64,000 nt of DNA. Origin: Patescibacteria group bacterium (GTDB taxonomy: Bacteria > Patescibacteriota > Minisyncoccia > Ryanbacterales > GWA2-47-10b). The DNA lies in contig JBBTQY010000001.1 in assembly GCA_038065475.1 (NCBI GenBank), forward strand, positions 26,145 to 90,144, in the 5' to 3' direction. Under the pieces are notes generated by a model. That model did not search any database and was not told where the DNA came from. It saw only the letters and a program-made list of their open reading frames with translations. The translations under genes and the position numbers were made by a program. This document shows positions 58,427-64,000 of this stretch, in pieces; positions within the stretch are counted from its first letter, which is position 1; each line of letters begins with the position of its first letter.

Positions 58427-60337
58427 TTACTCAAGCCTTCCCCCCTTCCAAACTAAAATCGAAAGTTTATCTGCTGGGATGCTGATCGGACGATTCTTGA
58501 ATGTAAACGAAAGACCTTCTTGCTGCTGCCAATTATCAATCACAAACAATTCCTCGCGCGAGCTTCCACGAAAGCGTCTGACATCAATGCCCGCAGGAAT
58601 ATTAGAAAGGCTAATACGGTCCATGTAGACAGGCTTGCGCGCCCACCAGTTTTTTTCATTACGCTCCTCAACGATCATTTTGACTGCTGTGTTGAGTACG
58701 CCAGCTGCTTCCTGCCCAGTCTCAAATGGCCGCATGATATCAAGCTTTGCGCCGAGCAAAAATGCCTCCCGCTCCGTAATGTAGTTGTTGGCAACACCCC
58801 AGTACGCATGACCACCGTTTGATTCTCCCAAAAACATTGCTTGTCCATTGAGAAAATATCTTCCGAACCGAGGAAAACGTGTACGCGCCCCGCCCGGATC
58901 AACCACGTCATTGTTGTTATCAAGAAATCCGCTGATCAAAAACGCGGCAGGATAAATATCATGCACTCCTTCAATGACCGCATCTTTGGGCAATCGATCA
59001 CGCAAGAAACGCGCGACCGTCAAAATATCGCCAAAATCTTGCCGCGCAAAGATATCGATATAGTGTGCATTTGCCTTGTACTCATCGCGATTGCGCGCGA
59101 CCCAGTCAAGGAGGTACGCGGTGTTTGTAGTATTTTCAACGCCGTCTACACCAAAGAGTGGACCGCCCTCGGTGATCAAATGCGGGCGAGAATAATAACC
59201 TACGCGACCTCCGCTCACCGCAACGGACTCTGCAAACTGCGGTAATGACGACACGTAGCGCGGATGCATTTCTGTTTTATCAACACAGCATCCTACCAGT
59301 TCACCTGGGAGCGGCGACGGCACCGCAAGATTGGGCGGTCCTGCATACGTACTCATTTGCCCCCACAGCTGCATCCAAGGAAAATGGGTCTTTGTCTTAT
59401 CATAAAGTGCTTGAATGCTTGCAATATCAAATGACGCGCGATTCTGAAGCTGCACGTTGATCCAGCCGTGAGATGTATTGAGCCAATCGGGGTAAGTTGG
59501 CTTTTCGATTTTTGCGACGCGCAACTGCCGATCAAGCCACGAGCGATATTTATCGACTGCCGTTTGCCATGCTTCTGCTGCACCCACCGTTTTTTTCTTT
59601 TTTACTTTTGCAATGAGTGTTCGGTAGGTTACAGACGTATTGAGAGGCACATCTTGCTCATAACGCAACACCATACGATTGAGTGAATAGAGCGGGGTAA
59701 CTGTGCGTGGGGGCCAGTTTGTCGCAGCGACAATCTTTGCCTCCATATCATTTGCAGAGACTACTAGCGGCGCATAAATGGCCCCCGGGTATTCCAAGCC
59801 CTGCCAACCCCATTCGACAAGCGTGGAATCTTTTTGCGCAGCGCCAAGAAACACCGTACTGTAAATAACCGCATCATCACGCAGAGGATTGAGGGGGTTA
59901 CGCTGAGCTTCCCACGGAAAATAGACTTGGGTAATCGTGCGTACTTTTGTAGTCAGTGTTAACTGCCACTGATCGCGCCCGGCGCGGATAACCATGGCAC
60001 CTACATCAACATCACTTACCACCCCGCTATCGGGAACCGCATACTGTTTGAGTGTGCCATCAGAAAATTTCACCGCAAAACCCGGATACACACTGCCGGC
60101 GACCGATGCACTTTGAGCAAACGTAAGTGGAACATCTTCTGCAGCAAGGGCTTCGGCATCATCCGTGCTGGCGGTAACAATGCTTAATAGCTCTGCGAGG
60201 CCGTGATCAATCGCCTCAACATAAACACTGTAACGCCACCCGACAAACGAAAGAAAGAAAAAAACAGAAGCAGCAAGTATAACGACAACAAAACTTTTAT
60301 CGAGAATTTTAAACATCATGCGCTCCATCATCCCCAC
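58427..60337 (-). CDS. hypothetical large membrane-anchored extracytoplasmic protein (possible glycoside-hydrolase-like)
   Basis: N-terminal TM. 636 aa. No family recognised. Confidence 0.45.
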   Translation of the reverse strand: MGMMERMMFKILDKSFVVVILAASVFFFLSFVGWRYSVYVEAIDHGLAELLSIVTASTDDAEALAAEDVPLTFAQSASVAGSVYPGFAVKFSDGTLKQYAVPDSGVVSDVDVGAMVIRAGRDQWQLTLTTKVRTITQVYFPWEAQRNPLNPLRDDAVIYSTVFLGAAQKDSTLVEWGWQGLEYPGAIYAPLVVSANDMEAKIVAATNWPPRTVTPLYSLNRMVLRYEQDVPLNTSVTYRTLIAKVKKKKTVGAAEAWQTAVDKYRSWLDRQLRVAKIEKPTYPDWLNTSHGWINVQLQNRASFDIASIQALYDKTKTHFPWMQLWGQMSTYAGPPNLAVPSPLPGELVGCCVDKTEMHPRYVSSLPQFAESVAVSGGRVGYYSRPHLITEGGPLFGVDGVENTTNTAYLLDWVARNRDEYKANAHYIDIFARQDFGDILTVARFLRDRLPKDAVIEGVHDIYPAAFLISGFLDNNNDVVDPGGARTRFPRFGRYFLNGQAMFLGESNGGHAYWGVANNYITEREAFLLGAKLDIMRPFETGQEAAGVLNTAVKMIVEERNEKNWWARKPVYMDRISLSNIPAGIDVRRFRGSSREELFVIDNWQQQEGLSFTFKNRPISIPADKLSILVWKGGRLE

Positions 60338-60735
60338 AATGCCAATATGCTCGCCATCACCAAAAATGCAACGAGCTGATACGACACATAGATGAGGAAA
60401 CTCGTCTTGCTCTGACTTTCAAAAGCAACGTCGGCAAGTTTGGTTGTCACAATATATCCAAGCCACGTCCAAAACGCGAGCGGCAATGCGCCACCTACCG
60501 TTGTAATGTCGAGCATTTTAATAAAGTGCGCGAGCACAAACGCCGTGAGCATCGCGCCTACAAACCCCCACGCCATTGCCTGCACCTGTCCACCTTTTTT
60601 TAAATCTTCTTCGGTCTTACCTGATGCTGCCATCCACGCCTTGGCAAAGAGCAACGGTGAATACCAAAGCCCACCGATAATAAAATTGGCGATACCTGCC
60701 GCCAACACTGCCCAGTAATTTACAATGATATCCAT
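60328..60735 (-). CDS. DUF1761-family membrane protein
   Basis: MDIIVNYWAVLAAGIANFIIGGLWYSPLLFAKAW matches the DUF1761 N-terminus. Confidence 0.6.
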   Translation of the reverse strand: MDIIVNYWAVLAAGIANFIIGGLWYSPLLFAKAWMAASGKTEEDLKKGGQVQAMAWGFVGAMLTAFVLAHFIKMLDITTVGGALPLAFWTWLGYIVTTKLADVAFESQSKTSFLIYVSYQLVAFLVMASILALWG

Positions 60736-60764
60736 AAAAAATATATTTTTTATAAAGTGACCGT

Positions 60765-61106
60765 TTATGAACCTAAAATATGCTCAATTTTTGCCGCTAG
60801 AATAAAATCGTTTTCTGAAAGCCCCTTGATCGCATGCGTCCAAAGCTCGATCGTCACGATGCTATATGAAATGTGAATATCGGGATGATGACCTTCACGC
60901 TCTGCGATATCTGCCACTTTATTTACAAAACCAATGGCATCGCGAAACGTACCGAACTCAAACTCGCATAATATTTTCCCCGCATCGGGTGCAAGTTCCC
61001 ATGTTGCACGCAAGTCAGATATCTGACGAATTGCCTGCTGGCGCGTGAGTGGCTGAGCACTTCCTTCGCACGGTACACATTTTTTATCGAGCAATGAACT
61101 TACCAT
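60765..61106 (-). CDS. pterin-4a-carbinolamine dehydratase (PCD/DCoH)
   Basis: …EREGHHPDIHISY… (the [EDKH]-H-H-P motif). Confidence 0.8.
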   Translation of the reverse strand: MVSSLLDKKCVPCEGSAQPLTRQQAIRQISDLRATWELAPDAGKILCEFEFGTFRDAIGFVNKVADIAEREGHHPDIHISYSIVTIELWTHAIKGLSENDFILAAKIEHILGS

Positions 61107-61164
61107 ACACACAGTATCTCACGGTAAGAAAAAACGGGCAAAGAAAAAAGCCGCGCCCGATTGG

Positions 61165-61644
61165 CTACGGCTTTGCCTGACGAGATTTGCGACGAGCCTC
61201 TCTAATGCTGTGCTTTGAGGTGCCCGCGATCCTGCGAACAGAGAGGTACTTTGGCAATTCCTTACCCTGAAGCTTTTGCTTGCGCCATTCCTGGAGACCG
61301 GACCGCAAGTTGTCAGCGTCAAGATCGCAGGCCGAACAGATATTCGCGAACGAATACGGCCAGGTGATGTTCTGAGATTCGATCCAAGCCTGAGCCTCAC
61401 GAAAAAGTCTTTGTCCACGGCGGTTGGAAGGAGCGGCAGACGCATATCTCTGGTAGGTAGCGATGGCATCAGTGAGCACGGCGAGCATAAGCCGCATCTC
61501 CGCCCTGTCTCGAATTGCAGAACTACCACTCTGCGAAACCCCACCAAAGAACTGGCCGGGAAGAATTGCATTGCCGCCGAAAATCGTCACCGCTGAACTA
61601 CTCGCAAGAATGCCGGCCACTCGCGCATGAGCAGACATCATCAC
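61165..61644 (-). CDS. hypothetical protein, paralog A (GC-rich island)
   Basis: Shares the LAVLxDAIAxxQ…AWxxS…WPYSFxxICS…LRxxLxxWR module with 61651..62121. GAGGAG SD. Confidence 0.45.
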   Translation of the reverse strand: MMMSAHARVAGILASSSAVTIFGGNAILPGQFFGGVSQSGSSAIRDRAEMRLMLAVLTDAIATYQRYASAAPSNRRGQRLFREAQAWIESQNITWPYSFANICSACDLDADNLRSGLQEWRKQKLQGKELPKYLSVRRIAGTSKHSIREARRKSRQAKP

Positions 61645-61650
61645 CTCCTC

Positions 61651-62121
61651 TTAGTCACGAGCTTGAACAGAATGTCGATGTACTCGGTTAGCACGCCGCG
61701 GCGTACGAGGAACGGGCAGGACAATCATCCGACGCCACTTCCAAAGATTTTGACGTAGCTCCGTGGAGTCGAATCCGAAAAGACTGCAGATACTCTCAAA
61801 GGAGTAGGGCCACGAGCAATCGCGCGAGGTAAACCATGCACTCACCTCTTCGAACTGCTGCTTATCTCTTCGCCCAAACGCGCAAGCATGCAGCTGGAAG
61901 AGAGCAATCGCGTCTTCAAGTACCGCCAGCGCCAAACGGTATTCCCCCGAAAGATCGTCAACACCCACTTCGATACCTTGTGCGAATGTACCGAAGAAAA
62001 CCTCGGGCGGAACCCAGTCGGGTTCTAAGAGGCCCTCAACCCCATCCCGAGAAAAGACATTTCCGTACGTGTTGCCGAACCCCCGCTGTACCATGTTGGA
62101 AATAACGCCGATACGAACCAT
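61651..62121 (-). CDS. hypothetical protein, paralog B (GC-rich island)
   Basis: Same conserved module as paralog A. GGGGGAGGG SD. Confidence 0.45.
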   Translation of the reverse strand: MVRIGVISNMVQRGFGNTYGNVFSRDGVEGLLEPDWVPPEVFFGTFAQGIEVGVDDLSGEYRLALAVLEDAIALFQLHACAFGRRDKQQFEEVSAWFTSRDCSWPYSFESICSLFGFDSTELRQNLWKWRRMIVLPVPRTPRRANRVHRHSVQARD

Positions 62122-62244
62122 CGCAATGTCCCTCCCCCAAAGTAAGAAATCTGAATAAGATTGTAGAAGAAAGAAGAAGATTATGCAAGAGATTGACTAG
62201 CTTGTCAAAAACCTCTATCAATAGAGAGGAAAGGAGTTCGCACA

Positions 62245-62468
62245 TGAAAACTAAAAAGCCGTGCTCATCTTACGGCTACCATTCGATACGCGTAATCTCG
62301 ACAAAGCGTATCGCACGCGAAAAACAATCGACCATCCCCGGCCTTGGTGCGCTCGCCCTCTCATGGACGGAAGTGCGTACCCGGCACCGCTGCCGTACCT
62401 GCCGCCGCCAACGCACGATCATCACGCGGGAAAACTATCGCCAACAGCACTCGCCGCCTCCTACCTAG
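62245..62468 (+). CDS. small basic protein (74 aa)
   Basis: AAAGGAG 7 nt before the ATG. Lys/Arg-rich. Divergent from the paralog pair. Confidence 0.35.
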
Positions 62469-63067
62469 GGGTGGCTTTCTTTTTCCAATGCTTCAATTAC
62501 CTCTTTGCTATTCATATATTTATAAAATATTCCCACCACAATAAGGGCTACTAGTGAAAGCACAAGAGCGTACGCACCAAAAATATCTTCGGTCTTACCA
62601 AAGAAATATCCGATCGCCAAAAAGATAAGCGACCAGAGCCATGACGAGATAAAAATAATCGGCACAAAAACCGCGCGATGCATTTTAGAAACGCCCGCGG
62701 GAATCGGCGCGAACACTTTGATGGCTGGCAACATCTTTGCTACAAATAAAAACCATGCTCCTCGCCTCCGAAACGCGATAATAATTTTTTTTACTTCACG
62801 CTCAGGAAACATCGCCCATTTGGTAATATACGCAATACCATATGCGCGCACTAACTCATAGAGTATAATATTGCCGATCGTGTTACCAAGCGCACCCACA
62901 AGTGTAGTAATCCATATATTGAGGTGTCCTAATGAACCAAAATATCCAGCGACAATATATAAAACCTGACTCGATGGAAAGCTGATAAACCCATTGGCAA
63001 TCATCAGCAAGAAAACGCCTGCGTATCCTAACGCCTGCAAGATAGATTCAAAGGGTACGGCAAACAT
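62465..63067 (-). CDS. DedA/VTT-domain family membrane protein
   Basis: Second DedA paralog in the window, with the conserved G-rich re-entrant region. Confidence 0.75.
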   Translation of the reverse strand: MFAVPFESILQALGYAGVFLLMIANGFISFPSSQVLYIVAGYFGSLGHLNIWITTLVGALGNTIGNIILYELVRAYGIAYITKWAMFPEREVKKIIIAFRRRGAWFLFVAKMLPAIKVFAPIPAGVSKMHRAVFVPIIFISSWLWSLIFLAIGYFFGKTEDIFGAYALVLSLVALIVVGIFYKYMNSKEVIEALEKESHP

Positions 63068-63076
63068 ATCTCTATA

Positions 63077-64000
63077 CTAGCGAATCAGCATCGCATCACC
63101 AAAAGAATAAAAACGAAACTTTTTACGTATAGCGATTTTATAGAGATCGACGACTCCTCGCCTTGCGTGCTTGTGCTGTAAAAATGCGTCAACGAGCAGC
63201 ATAAGTGATGATTGGGGTAGATGAAAATTGGTAATCAGCCCATCGATGATGCGAAATCGATACGGCGGATAGATAAAAATATCCGTTGCTCTCTTGCCCG
63301 CCAAATGTGAACTCTCGCGCGCCGCGCTCTCGAGTGCTCGCGTGGCTGTCGTACCCACAGCAATGATAGGATGTCCCACTTTTTTTGCATCATTGATGCG
63401 GCGCGCGCTCCCACGAGAGATTTCATAATATTCGGTAAAAAGTTTTTTGGTGCGTAGTTCACGCTCACCAAAGGGTGCGAACGTACCCATGCCCACATGC
63501 AACGCTACCTCTGTATGTGTAACATGTTTTTTCTCAAGTGTACGAAATACCTGTGGCGTAAAATGAAGTGATGCGGTGGGCGCCGCAACTGACGCCGCAC
63601 GCTTGGCAAAAATACTTTGATAGCGCAAACGCAACGTGCGCTCGGGCATTTCGCCGCCCGCAAGATATTTTGGTATCGGCGTCTCGCCTACCTTTGATAA
63701 AAACCTGATGAGCGTCTCGCGCGAAACATTTGGCTTGAGAAAAAACAATTTTCCTTCCTGCCCCACCACACGAAATTGATGACGCGCGCCAGCGCGCAAT
63801 ATCTGACCAACCGTTACCTTGCGATCGCAAAGCGCCTTGAGCGGTTCTCCTGCACGCCATTCGTTGATCAGCAACAATGCAACCACCTTCCCACCCGTCT
63901 CCTTGGTGAGCGTAATACGCGCCGGTACTACTTTTGTTTCATTGAGCACTAACAGTGACTGGGGCGCCAGATACTGTGCGATGTTTCGAAACTCATCGAA
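63077..64000 (-). CDS. queA: S-adenosylmethionine:tRNA ribosyltransferase-isomerase (partial; N-terminus beyond window end)
   Basis: GTTATRALESAA, FHLPQSSLMLLV and RFYSFGDAMLI motifs. The frame stays open upstream of the annotated GTG (…FDEFRNIAQYLAPQSLLVLNETKVVPAR…) to the window edge, matching the QueA N-terminus. Confidence 0.85.
   Translation of the reverse strand, partial: FDEFRNIAQYLAPQSLLVLNETKVVPARITLTKETGGKVVALLLINEWRAGEPLKALCDRKVTVGQILRAGARHQFRVVGQEGKLFFLKPNVSRETLIRFLSKVGETPIPKYLAGGEMPERTLRLRYQSIFAKRAASVAAPTASLHFTPQVFRTLEKKHVTHTEVALHVGMGTFAPFGERELRTKKLFTEYYEISRGSARRINDAKKVGHPIIAVGTTATRALESAARESSHLAGKRATDIFIYPPYRFRIIDGLITNFHLPQSSLMLLVDAFLQHKHARRGVVDLYKIAIRKKFRFYSFGDAMLIR

Overview
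The window is a dense, mostly minus-strand stretch of a small bacterial genome. I place it tentatively in a reduced, Patescibacteria/CPR-like lineage, an inference from GT39/PMT_2, DUF3105 and DedA genes, truncated ATP-synthase epsilon and delta subunits, and genes that mostly lack Shine-Dalgarno sequences. Recognisable housekeeping genes are def and fmt, a copA–copZ copper-export pair with a cupredoxin-like gene, a complete F1Fo ATP synthase operon (atpBEFHAGDC), uppP, lexA with an upstream LexA box, bcp, pepA, a SulP permease, tgt, queA (partial, running off the window end), an ABC-2 transporter pair, two DedA genes, an MGMT-like gene and a pterin dehydratase. The accessory content is large: (i) a 7-gene minus-strand operon for a synthase-dependent exopolysaccharide; (ii) an operon encoding a QxxRW GT2, a GT39 (PMT-like) glycosyltransferase and a ~1500-aa multidomain surface protein; (iii) a diadenylate cyclase fused to a YbbR (CdaR-like) domain; (iv) a CcdA/DsbD-like membrane protein fused to a duplicated His-rich periplasmic domain, convergent with the copper genes; (v) a lexA–orf–bcp–Cas4-like nuclease operon; and (vi) a series of GC-rich islands whose genes, unlike the native genes I checked, carry canonical GGAGG-type SD sequences. 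These islands encode tandem Cys-rich secreted paralogs, a cluster of tiny hydrophobic peptides divergent from lexA, a collagen-like repeat protein, a Cys-rich 83-aa ORF behind a consensus sigma70 promoter, and a tandem paralog pair of unknown function. I found no rRNA, tRNA, CRISPR array, transposase or integrase.
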